Source of the DNA: Hypanus sabinus
Lineage: Eukaryota
Direction: 5' to 3'
Length of the DNA stretch: 64,000 nucleotides
NCBI RefSeq assembly: GCF_030144855.1
Contig: NC_082731.1
Location: forward strand, 20,956,001 to 21,020,000
Shown: in pieces, positions 50,663-62,117 of the stretch
How positions within the stretch are numbered: the stretch's first letter is position 1
Layout of the letters: the number at the start of each line of letters is the position of its first letter
Made by a program: the position numbers and the translations under genes
Notes under the pieces: generated by a model
What the model saw: only the letters and a program-made list of their open reading frames with translations
The model's database searches: none
Told to the model about the DNA's origin: nothing

Positions 50663-51340
50663 GTAAGTCAGATGTCGGTATTGTGCAGTTTCAATGTTCT
50701 TAGACGTATTGCCGGCTTTTATGTTATACACATGTTTTCCAGTATGCCCTTGGCTTCTCCGTTAAAGATCTCTTCACCAGCTCAAATTTCCAGGTACCCG
50801 CCACTCCCAATCATGTATCTGTCCAAACTTCACTTAAACGTAGGAATCGAGTTCGCATTCACCATCTGTGCTGTCAGCACATTCCACACTCTCACCACCC
50901 TCTAAAGAAGTTTGCCTTCATCTCCCCTGTAATATTTCATCTTGCACACTTAACCCATGATCTCTAATTGTAGTCCCACCCATCCTCGCTGGAAAAAAAA
51001 AGCATGCTTGCATTTCTCCTATCTATACTGCTTATAATTTTGTGTACCTCCATCAAATCTCCCATCAATCTTGTACGTTTCAAAAAATACTGTCCTGATT
51101 TATTCAGTCTTACTTATATCTCAGGTCCTCCAGACCCTGCAGCATCCTTGCAAATTTTATCTGCACTCTTTCAACCTTCTTTTCATCTTTCCTGTGGGTA
51201 GGTGACCAAAACTGCACACAGTAATCCAAATTAGGCCTCACCAATGTCTTATACAATTCAACATCCCATCTCCTGGACTCAATACTTTGATTTATGAAGG
51301 CCACATGCGCAAAAAAAAAATCCCTTAACGACCCTATATA

Positions 51341-51462
51341 CAGTGCCTATAAAAAGTATTCATTCCCTGTGGAAGTTTTCATGTTTTATTGTTTTACAAC
51401 ACTGAAACACCGTAGATATAATCTGTCATTTTTGACAATGATCAACAGAGGAAGACTCTTCT
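51341..51462 (+). mobile_element. Tc1/mariner left-end fragment (unit D)
   Basis: TA|CAGTGCCTATAAAAAGTATTCA...GGAAGTTTTCATGTTTTATTGTTTTACAAC. Confidence 0.75.
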
Positions 51463-52859
51463 GCATGTAGATGAATCCGGTGTCTGTACATTCATGTGTC
51501 TCTCTAACATCCTGTTTAACAACCACTGTCGTATCTGCCTCCACCATCATCCTTGACAGCCTATTCCAGACACCGACCACTCTCCGTGTTTTTTTTTAAA
51601 TTTCAAACTTGAATCAGCTTCAAACTTTTATGTTGTTACCTTGAAGCTAAATCCTCTAGTATTTGATACTTTTGAGGCCTGCTGCCGTGCTGTAATTGTT
51701 ATATGATTATAAGACAAGGGGAGGGGACAGTAATTTTTATCTTAGACTTTTGGAGGCTTATTGAGCGAGATTGGATACGAACCATGATGAGGCAAGACAA
51801 GTGGTGCATGTTTACTCAGAGGCTGCCATGGATCCTACAGGTAGTAAGAGGGCTCTGTGGGAACGTGGGGAGACTGATGACGCAGTAGCAGAAATGAATG
51901 CGCAGCCGTCCCATTCCGAAATGGGATATGGCCTTGAAGGATGATGAAATAAGGGTGTGATATATGCTGCCTTTTGATAACAGAGAGAAAATAAGAAACA
52001 TTGAAAACCTACTGCAAAATACAAGCCCTTCGGCCCACAAAGCTGCGCCGAACATTTCCTTACCTTAGAACCTCTAGGCTTACCCATAACCATCTATTTT
52101 CCAGAGCTCCAAGAATCCACGCAAGAGCTCTTAAAAGACCATATCCGTTTCGCCTCGACCACCAACGCCAGCAGCCTGTTCCACGTACTCACCGCTCTCT
52201 GATTAAAGGAAAACCTACCATTGATAACTCCCCAAAAATGGAGGAAAAAATTCCCAACTCTTCTCACCCCGAGGCAGTTGAAATGATGTGCACCAGCCGT
52301 GGACAGGCATGTCTGCAGCTGCACCATTCAGTCAGGCTGTTCTCTAAAGTAACTGGAAATGAAGCTGAGCTCAGATAGGTGGCTAAGCGGTCTGAGTTGC
52401 CGGAAGGCACAAGTATTCGATCAGGGAAGGTTTGTTAGATAGAGCAAGAGAATCGTACAGAACGTCTTACACTGAAGAAGTAGACGGTGGTGTAAGGAGG
52501 TCTCAGAGTCAGGAGACTCCGGAAGAATCTGGCCTATGTAATCCTGGCGCTTTACGACGATCTCCCTCGTGAAATATGTCAACATATTTACATAAGCGTA
52601 AATATGTAAGCGTTTTCAAAATTCCTTTTAAAACGGTGTTATTAATGAACAATTGACAAATTATTTCGAAGTCATCAAGACATTACTACTTTGGAGGCGT
52701 ATAGTGTAATGCCCTGGTTCTATTTTTAACTGTTATGTTGTTAGCATTTCATTCAGCAAACCTGGAAGAACACTCAGTTCTGCTTTCAGCCTTTCTGGAT
52801 TATTGCTGAGGATAAGCGCTGAAGAGGAATGTGTGCAATCCAAGTTGGATTACAGAACT

Positions 52860-53271
52860 GAGAGCAAGTTATTGTGGTGAAGGAAACTGGTTCGGCGGAT
52901 ATGAACAGAGAAGACGCTGGAGGGATTAGGTCGTACTGATTCACACAGATCGGCAGCTTGATTCCATGATACCAGGATCGATGATCGATTGAGGATCGGT
53001 GAACGTAATCAAACGCTGAGCTCCAAATTGTGCACATTTGACTGTTTCTTTTTGTGTTTCTTTACTAGCCCTTTAGTTAAGTTAAGGTTCTTTCTATCGT
53101 ATGCCGGGCACCATCTGTCGTTTCGTGGCACTAATTTGCTATAGGGTAGCAAATTAAATAGCATCCACACAAACTCCTGTTTGGCGGGTGAGAGGCGACT
53201 CACTCTTACAAATTTTGCGGGAGCGGAGAGTGACCGTCACAGACTTATGCAGCCAACGAAACCAGGAGGTT
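52860..53271 (+). mobile_element. Probable LTR 3'-part remnant
   Basis: Resembles ray LTR ends recalled from memory (gcacatttgactgttt...agcatccacacaaac...ggtttca); boundaries uncertain. Confidence 0.4.
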
Positions 53272-54855
53272 TCATTTGTGTTCAGCTTCAAGCTGTCTAA
53301 CATAAACAAAGAAAAAAAATCCTAATAAGCAACACTTTCGAAACGTTAATCTTGTCCAGTGTGATGCGGAGTCCACACCCAAACAGGGTGACACTGAGTC
53401 CAATACAGAAATACTGTAAACGAATCATGGTATGTAAATGTGAGCAGAAAATATTTGGAAAAAATAAACGGGCCTAATAGATTCGACACGATCGGTACAT
53501 TGCACATACTTATTCGACATATCTCACCCTATAACAAATTGGACAATGGCTTCATTTTCTGATATATATCTACATTCTACTGAGTTCGACATTAGAATAT
53601 TCGTTATTAAATATCATGGATTTTCGATTCTCATATTCGTTCTGCCTGCCGTACCAATATTTGTAGTTTCGTTTTACCTATGTTCTTGGAACATCCCTAC
53701 AAGAATTGTGTTTCTATATTAGCATCGTAATGTAATTTGAATGATATGTTATTTCTTGCTGGCTTCTGCTTCACAGTCGCTCATTTCGTATCTCCAATCC
53801 CCTCCGTGCAATATCTTCTGTGTTCAACAATGCTTCAGTTGAACTGCTCTAGAGTTCTCTCCTCTCACTAAACCTACGCACAGACATGTTGTCCGTGGGA
53901 AAAATCAATGCTTGAGCGTTCTATCTTATGTATGTAATTTATACTTCTATGAACCTGTACCCAGTTTTCTCTTCTGCCTCCTGCATCAAATTAATAAAAA
54001 TGCATTTGGGCTAATCAGTGCCTAGCCTTTTTTAATTATTCCTTAAATAACCCTATGATTGGTTTCGTATCTCGAGCAGTTCTGTCACAATTTAACATTT
54101 GTTTCTTTTCATGATCTTTCACGCCAATACCCTCCGTACGACAAACAGGAAATTCCATGCTCCTAATATAGTAAACGCTATTTGTATTTCTTTCGCTGCT
54201 TTTCGCCGCAGAATCTTTAACCGTCTATGTACATGGGAATTGTCGGTGAAAATTAACCAGAACTATCACTAATTTGCTAGATGTGAGCACATCGTGCATG
54301 CAAATACTGATAATGTTTTCTTGGTTGTTTCTATAATTGAAGACCAAAAATAGCAAATAATAGAAATCTAAAAGGAAAGTAGATAATAGAAACAATTAGA
54401 GTGCATATATAGATGTCAAAGGAAAACAATCTGTAATCCCAAAATCTTGAAAGTACTCTTTATAATTTCAAATTAATTTTTTGCACCTTGTGCCTTTGTT
54501 AAAGTAGTTTTGAATTTGGTCTGAACTCACTACACATGACAGCTTTGCAGTTATGACACCAAATATTGGCTATGGTTCTTATATTATATTCATATCTATA
54601 GGTCTCTGTGAAAAATTGCGCTAAATCATGCATGACAATTGGAGCAGTTTAGTTATATATTACGAATAAACTCCTCCCGGTTTCTAGTCCGGTTCAGGCG
54701 TCATATTTCACCAGCGAATCGACAACAAACTCTGTCAGCCTCATCAAGGATGATGCATGGGTATGTCTACTCCAGTGATGCTTTAATCCCAAGCTGCCTG
54801 TGTTGGCTTTATGGCATTTGTTTAGTTTATTATATTTTCGCTTTAGTAACTAGTT

Positions 54856-55478
54856 TGTTATCGTTTTCTATTTAAAGTTAAGATTGTTTAAAGTAAATTC
54901 GTTGTCTGTGATATATCGCGGGATGCGATGACGTCACAACCGGTTTCGCCGCGTCTTGTGGGAAAATCTTGTTTCTCCCGGTTTGGAGAAACGAAAAGGA
55001 GGGGTCTCACATGTGCAGGATCAGCGCGAGAAATGTTTTCTTTCTACGCACGAGAAACATCAGTGAAAAAATGCCGTCAGTTCATGAGATAATCCATATG
55101 TTGAATTTAAAATGTTAACGCTGACTCTGTTAAAAGTAATGACGGTTGACAGGGTTTATGTTTTTGTTACTTGAAGAGTTGCGGATGGTTTTATGTTGAA
55201 GTGTATTTAAAGCAGGGCTGGCGTAGGTAGATTCTGACTGTATGTTGTACTTTAATGTAATATAGTTGTAGGTTTACTTTTGCAAGTATTTATGATGTAA
55301 ATGTTATATCAAGAAGGAAAGAAATACTGTATATATTTTGTAATATTTTATCAACAGTTTTCACCATACGTTAATGTGGAACAGTGAACAGTAAACGGTT
55401 AACCTAATTGGGACCGCTTCATTGATTGGTTTAAGCTTGGTGTTTAGTTCAGAGTTCATTTACACCTGTGCGAGAACA
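54856..55478 (+). repeat. LTR-like interspersed repeat containing TGACGTCA
   Basis: gatgacgtcacaaccggtttcgccgcgtcttgtgggaaa...ttttcaccatacgttaatgtg...gcgagaaca; no clear TSD found. Confidence 0.4.
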
Positions 55479-55779
55479 CTACACTGCCATTTTTTCGGAT
55501 TTGCTAGTCCTCGTCTAATCAAGCTTCACGTCCCACATCTTGTTCACAATCGAATAAAAAGGCCTTTGTTGGAAGTTTTTGTTGAGATTCCATTTTGATG
55601 ATTTTCTTCCACATGCGTTCCCTGAAACCATCGACACGGGAGAGTAAGTTTTTGTCGTCAGCATCAATCCCATGGCCATTGCCAAAGTAATGCTCTGCTG
55701 CAGTTAATTACTCCGGGCAATCCGACGAATACAGCTCAAGTGTCCCTTAAGGCCGGTTTTAAATTGGATTAACCATGTG

Positions 55780-56520
55780 GAAATCATTTTGGACCCAGAG
55801 AGTCTCTACGATTAAGTAAGAGAATTACGCAATATGTACCTTCGAATCGGCTGCAACATGAAATAAATCAATGAAGCTTCTGATAGGACCGACGGAAAAA
55901 TCGGAAAACGAGTAGAAACCAGTTGTTACGACCTTTCTTCCTTATATATCCACGGATTCCTGACGCATCGCCATCCGTTTTAAGGTGCATGGTTTGTTAG
56001 CATCCACAAACCTGTAAGGAAGATCGGATCGAAGCTTATGCTTTTCATATATGTCGTGGGGCTCAGTAAATCTGACGTTTAAAGGATTACTGCGAATGCT
56101 GAGGACCGTATATATGGCCGAAGAGATGCACGTTAGAAACCCGTGCCAAGGATCACAGGACGGGTATCCGTTTGCCCTCCCTCGATAGAACAGCTGTAGT
56201 AGAACATTGCATTTACAATGGCCATAGGTTTGACTTCGACGGCACAAAACTACTCTGCCCTCCTAATGATTTTCTGGTAATGAAGCATCCTGAGCGAAGC
56301 TATTGAAATGAAACCAGACAAACAGAATTTTAAGAAAGCTCTCCCGAAAATTAAGTCGACTATAAACAACGCAAGAATGCGGAAGCCTGATTAGAGGAGG
56401 ACTATCCAATCATGGGGGGGGGTGATCAACGGGTATATATATTCCACAGGACGAGACATGGCTTGGCATCGTCCCTGAAGAAGGTGGCAGTGTCTGTTAT
56501 CGAAATGTCGCTGAACGACT
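55780..56520 (+). mobile_element. Decayed Penelope-like element (GIY-YIG endonuclease end + terminal repeat)
   Basis: Fragments PYIST, IHKPVRK, AVVEHCIYNGHRFDFDGTKLLC, EAIEMK; terminal ctgaagaaggtggcag-tgt-ctgttatcgaaa motif. Confidence 0.75.
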
Positions 56521-56684
56521 TTGTTCAGGGGACCGACCATTTGGCACCGACAGATGACTGAAGTCAAACGCCTCCGACGACTGGCTTTTCGTTATTTTTG
56601 CAGAGTTTTCAGCCTGTCTGACAGAGAAGTTCGACTTCTTCAGACAACAACGAAGCTCCGATTTTTCAGCACGCCAGAAGGCTA

Positions 56685-57180
56685 TAGCACATAGGAGCAG
56701 AATAAGCAGAATAAGAATGAGCAGAATTCGGCCCATCGAGTCTACTCCGTCATTTTATCATGGCTTAATTATTATCCTGATCAGCCCATTTTTCTGTATT
56801 CTACCTATAATCTTTAACGTCATATCTAATCAAAAAAGAGAAAAAAAATACTATCTCCCAACATAAACAATTTCTTTGTAAGGACAATGAGCTCCACAAT
56901 TCAACAAACCCTGGCTATATAATGCTTCCTGATATCTTATCTAAATCGATGTCCCTTTGTTCTGATACAGCGCATTTCTATCCCTGATCCTCTTCACATC
57001 CACTCCATTTATGCTTTCCAATATTTGGTGTAGTTCTGAGATAACCTCCCCTCCCCCCGCAATTCATCTGAACAGCGAATACTAGCGCATCGGAATTCAA
57101 TGGAGTGAGGCCTCTACAATGTGGTCGAAAATTGCACACGATACTTCAAATGCGGTACCCTCACTTAGGAATGGGTCTCA
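56685..57180 (-). mobile_element. Decayed CR1-family 3' fragment
   Basis: cataggagcagaat...ttcggcccatcgagtctactccg...cacgatacttcaaatgcggt. Confidence 0.6.
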
Positions 57181-57420
57181 GGTACAGAAGGCTTGGAGAT
57201 ACAGCTGACATCGACGGATCTAGTATATGGTGCAAGCCAGTGTTTTTGTAAAACGACACATTTCACTCTTTTGTGACATTGCGCGGAAATGGAATAGCGT
57301 GAAGCAAATTGCTGCTGGCAGAGCTGAGTCACTGTTTCATTCAGTCACAGTCGTGGTTTTCCATATGTTAGCAGAGAAACACTCTTGTATAACTCAAACT
57401 GAAACGTTAAATTGGCAATA

Positions 57421-57595
57421 AGGATGGCGGAGTGGCTGGCGTAAGAATTTTCTGTATCAGCGATCCAGGTTTAATTCCCAACCCATATGTAAGCTTGTAG
57501 GTTCTCGCCGTGCCGGCGTCGATTTCCTCCAGATGCAGTGGTTATCTCTCATAGTCCAAAAATGTACTAATGTATAGGTTAATTGGACTTCAAAC
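57421..57595 (+). mobile_element. Decayed tRNA-derived V-SINE
   Basis: gcgatccaggtttaattcc (B-box-like), then gttctcgccgtgccggcgtcgatttcctcc...agtccaaaaatgtac...aggttaattgg (V-SINE central domain pattern). Confidence 0.7.
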
Positions 57596-58349
57596 TGCGA
57601 CATAATTTGAGGTTGCTGACTACGTCTGGGTGTTTCGAAGTCAGAATAAATGGGAGAGAAATATCAGTCAGAACGTGAGCTTACCGAAGTGCTATATGTT
57701 CACGAGAATTTTGTACAGTTATCAAAAGTCTGGAAATATATCCTTCAGGAAATGGAGAAGAATATGTCCTTTGAGTCCATAATTAAAATTATTAAATAAT
57801 TAATATATTAATCTATATCATCGCATTGTTTTTACTTTACGAATAACGTGAAATACATTTCATTCTAGGACAAAAACTTGGTTTGCCAACGATGTGCGAG
57901 AAACTATCGGAAGTTGGATAAATCAATATTAACGCCATCATGTTGGAGCGTACCAAGTCAGAACATGAAGTTCTGCTGCTCAAAAGTAAGTGTGTTATCA
58001 GAGCTGCAGTAGAGTAAATCGTTATGAGAATGTGGAGTCGTATTGGTATTTGGGATCACATCGATATCTGCTTCTTGGCTGTTCACACAAAGCTGGAACA
58101 TCCGAAAATCAAAAATATGTACATCGCGGCATTCAATATCTTTATCCTATATCCTATATCCTTCGAAATAATCAATAAGTTTCAAGGCCTCAGTTCTTCT
58201 TTGTGAAATTGGATGCTCGATTTCCACACTTGCAGGCTGACTTGCTTTGGATTGGCATCAATATCTGACCCAAAATCTCCATAAGCAGAGTAGCACCACA
58301 GGTCTGTTTGATTAGCCCCCATACTCTACTGACTTTATACTTATAATGA

Positions 58350-58960
58350 TGTGGTTTATATCATTTGCATTTGCTGACGCTATCGTTTGACGAAACAGGT
58401 GTGATGACTAATCAGCATAGAGGAGGGAGATTGAAATCTGTCTTAAAGGCTTTGCTATCTTATTCAATATCAACAAGACTAAGAAGCTCACTGTTGATTC
58501 CAGTGGCGGAAACATGAGGTTCATGTACCAGCCCTTATCAGGCGAGGCAGTGGTAGAGAGTGTCAGCAATTTAAAATTTATCGCTCCTCGGAAGCAGCAC
58601 CACTACTTCTTCGAGTTTGCGAAGATTCCGTCTGAGATTAACACGCTTCTATAAAAGATTATATTGATTGACTTCATCAACAACGAAACAACAATGCATT
58701 TGAACGGAACATCCTATAAACACAACTGGATACATGCAAGTCCACTACCGATAAAGCATTCCACATTATTCAGCATATCTACCCAGACTGTTGTCGCAGG
58801 AAAGCAGCATCCATGATCAGGCACCTACACTACCCAGGTTATTCACCCGACTCGGTTCGCCATCAGGGAGAACGTAAGTAAGGGTAAAGCTCAGGTCTCC
58901 TGATTAAGGAAACTGTCTCATCTCTAAAACATCAGACTGTTGAATCAGAGAAAGATAAGT
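58350..58960 (+). mobile_element. Decayed Rex1/Babar LINE 3' fragment
   Basis: caacaagactaagaagctcactgttgat (NKTKKLTVD ~ SKTKELIVD), gtcgcaggaaagcagcatccat, gccatcagggagaacgta. Confidence 0.65.
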
Positions 58961-59302
58961 TGCCCATCACGTAACGGTTCCTCAAACAATTGACTGACTT
59001 TCAAAGGCTTATTCATTTTGTGCTCTCGAGATTTATTCAATTATTGTTAATAACAACAATAATAATAATTTTCTGCACTTTTGCTTGTCGAATTTCAATT
59101 ACTGTATTACAGTTATCGAATTTCCTTTGTATTCTCGATATTTTAACCATTAAATTAAGCCTTCAAACATTACTTAGCTTTTGTTTCCACATTGCCTTGC
59201 CAGCCCTAAATCGTTTGGTAATTTCGGCCTCTATGCAGCTGATGTGGAATTGTTCTGAGTGTTTTTTTTTTTGTTTAGTGCAAAAGATATTTTAACAGAA
59301 TG

Positions 59303-59797
59303 TAGGTGTTTCGCAGAGGCAGAGTTGGGTTTGGAAAAGATAGCAATCTATATTTTGTTGCTATGACGTACCATCGTTTTGTTCCGTCCTTTTGTCGATT
59401 TGCTTTCTCTGCTGGAATCCACAACTTTCAATGTGGTTGTTCTCTATTCATGAACACATCTGGGAGTGCACCACCTGCTTGTTAGTTAAATTCAAAGCGT
59501 GTTTACTTTTTCTTGCACGGTTGTTTGACCGATCAACTGTTCTACCGTATCTTGATAACCCCAGTGTAACAGTAAAATAAATAATAAATCACGGTCTACA
59601 CCGCGAACAGACTGCAACCTTAAATAGAATACATGTAGTTCCAGTGCAGCTAGAGAAGTTTCGCATGACACGGTACTATCCTAGAGTAGTCTCCGTTATT
59701 AAATTAATATGCTGGATGACTGTCGATTATTACAGTGAAGAAACAACTTGCTGAGAAAGAACATAATAATGAGGACCGGCATAAGTCCACCCTTCAC
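59303..59797 (-). pseudogene. Relic TCR V gene (ancient pseudogene, unit D)
   Basis: 46-nt leader 59752-59797 (GTG-KGGLMPVLIIMFFL, GCAAG donor); acceptor AG>AC at 59566-59567; exon starts WGYQDTVEQ then hits stops; remnant TGCG at 59312-59315 and a decayed RSS at ~59264-59302. Confidence 0.82.
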
Positions 59798-60902
59798 AAT
59801 AACGTTACTCGACATTAATTTTGTAATCGTATAGTGGAAATGGACTGTCGGATTAAAAATACAAAAACATCTGTCAGAAACAACCAACCTCAAGCAGCAT
59901 CAAATAGTATCAAATCTGTGACACACGAAAGAAAAGTTTTCAAACTTGGTACAGAGTTCGAAAGGTCAGCTGGAAACTGGCAAAGGTATACGAGAAGTGG
60001 ATCAAAGTCTTTGTGTGTCAGCGTTAATTGCACAGTTCCGCTCGGTGGTGATCGAATGTGATGCAACTGCAGGGCGCGTGGAGAAGACTGTCATTAAATT
60101 ACGCTTAAACATTGAGACAGATTATGCCAGAAGTGTGAGAGGCACAAAGGAGATAGTATCAGCCAGTAATCATCTCTGAAGTGGATTTCTGGCAGAATAT
60201 AGGGACTTCAGATTTAATATGAATTCGCTGAAACAAGCTAAAACATGTGCCGTGCAATATTTCTTCGTCGCGCACTGGTGTCTGAAAATTTTGTTTTACT
60301 CTGAATAACTTAGTAATTCATTGAGAGTATGGTAGTATTGATTACTTGTGTGGACGTTCTTGAGGCGTGAAGGAAGCCTAGAGTTTATTTTGTACAGTAG
60401 CTGGCAGTGCTGCGGAATATTTGCAGATATACCTTACTGGGCAATCGGTGGGCCGGGCGTTTCCAGTTCATTCTGTTACAGTGCACACGACTGAAAATGG
60501 TAGAAACAGCCCAGCAATCCAGCTAATTGCGATTAAAACTTTGAGTGAAATAAACGACTGCTAATTGCTTCTGAGTGATTGTAATGTGGGGTAGAATATT
60601 GATTGGGACTTCTGTGGTTATTGTGCCAAAATCTGGTCCCTTTTTTCGTCAAAGGAAAACTTAGTAGGATTCATGTATCGGTGGTGATGGGTGTGTCAGT
60701 TTCCAATGTGAAATCGGAATTTTCAGAGAAAGTCAGTAATACATAGGAATTACAAGGTGAAGTGGTTTTGATCAGTTACAACCATCGAAAAGCAAATGCC
60801 AAGTGGATAGGTCACTGCTGATAGAAGCTCGCTATGATATTATATACTTTAATGGGACGAAGACTTTAAAGTTCAGTTACTATTTATGTTCCCCTTGATT
60901 TG

Positions 60903-60918
60903 TTCGCCCTCTATCGAG
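60903..60918 (-). promoter_or_regulatory. RSS-distal CTCF-like motif of V4
   Basis: CTCGATAGAGGGCGAA, 23 bp beyond the nonamer, unchanged despite divergent flanks. Confidence 0.55.
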
Positions 60919-60941
60919 CTCTCACGGAATCTGCTGAAGTG

Positions 60942-60980
60942 TGTTTTTGTTCGAGATAATTGAGATTTCTCAACACTGTG
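60942..60980 (-). other. V4 RSS (CACAGTG-23-ACAAAAACA)
   Basis: Heptamer 60974-60980, nonamer 60942-60950. Confidence 0.95.
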
Positions 60981-61460
60981 TGCTCATCGCGCAGAGGTAC
61001 GTGGCTGAGTCAGAGATGATAGCATTCTTAATCGAGAGTTCAGCAATGTTATTATTTTTATCGTAGGAAGCAAATAATCGGTCGGTTCCATCATCAACTC
61101 GGTTTACTTTCACAGTTCTGACACGAATCAAATACTGTGGTCGCTGTCCGGGGCGCTGCCTGTACCATAAAACATTCGGGAGTGCATAACTTGTTTGTAA
61201 AGAACAGTTTAGTTTAATTTCTTTTTCTTCTTTGATCGTCATTGCATCCACTGACTGTTCTACTGCGTCTTGAAGGCTCAAGTCTAACAGGAAAAATAAA
61301 TAATAGGTCATAAACTCTACTTCGAACAACGTAGTTACGTAAACGGAACGAAAAGACAACGTGGTTCCAGAGAATTCAGAAGTTTTGGAATATTACAGTG
61401 AAGGAACATCTTACCCAGAAGAAACACAACAATGAGGAACGGCGTGAGACAGGTCTTCAT
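60981..61460 (-). CDS. TCR alpha/delta-type V gene V4, intact (spliced 61415-61460 + 60981-61283)
   Basis: MKTCLTPFLIVVFLL-D-LSLQDAVEQSVDAMTIKEEKEIKLNCSLQTSYALPNVLWYRQRPGQRPQYLIRVRTVKVNRVDDGTDRLFASYDKNNNIAELSIKNAIISDSATYLCAMS; GT-AG 131-nt intron; RSS. Confidence 0.95.
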
Positions 61461-62101
61461 AATCACTCTGTTTGACTCTGTGCTCCCGTGACTCCAGGTA
61501 AGAGACACATTGCCAGAGAAGAAATACACATCCCTTGGCTGGACCAGCCAATCACAATAAGCAAAGCACAGTGTTAAATCTCGAAAGACACAATAGAAAA
61601 AAGGACGTTCAGACGCACTGCAGGAAACGACGTTTTACAGAGGGGAACTCATATGTCAGAACAAAGGAGTCAAATACTTTGTGAGCTGACGTAAACACCG
61701 CAGCGCCACACTAAGGCGAAGGATTGCGGGGCAGCCGGCATTTCACATGAAAACTGTCTGCAAATTACGCATGCTCATGAGGCAGGGGGTGCGAACGATA
61801 TAAATTAGAGGTTATGATCGTGGGTGCAGCAAACGACGCAATAACAGTCTTTACTCTTCTCTGACGTGGATTTCTGGCAGAGCGCAGAGACGACAGAATT
61901 GATGCGGAAAGCAGAAATGAGGAAGCAGCACGGCACACGATTTTTGCCGTGTTCTCATGCATTCTATGAAAATAGCTTTTCTTTGAATAACTTAGCAATT
62001 AATTAGGCGGAAAGAATTGGTGACTGTTTGTGTATAGACTGTTGAGACGGGAAGGAGACATTGAGTTTCATGTAACATCGCGAGAAAAAAGAAGATATAT
62101 T

Positions 62102-62117
62102 CCAGCAGATGGCAGCA
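62102..62117 (+). promoter_or_regulatory. Upstream CTCF-like motif of V4
   Basis: CCAGCAGATGGCAGCA, essentially the CTCF consensus, 642 bp upstream of the ATG. Confidence 0.65.

Larger units (their letters stand above)
33070..50715. repeat. Segmental duplication unit C (V3; with truncated L1, CR1 and Gypsy insertions)
   Basis: Begins at the A ~5465 equivalent (ctgctatttt) and runs colinearly to the NAA40 fragment; empty sites for its insertions are visible in A and B. Confidence 0.85.
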
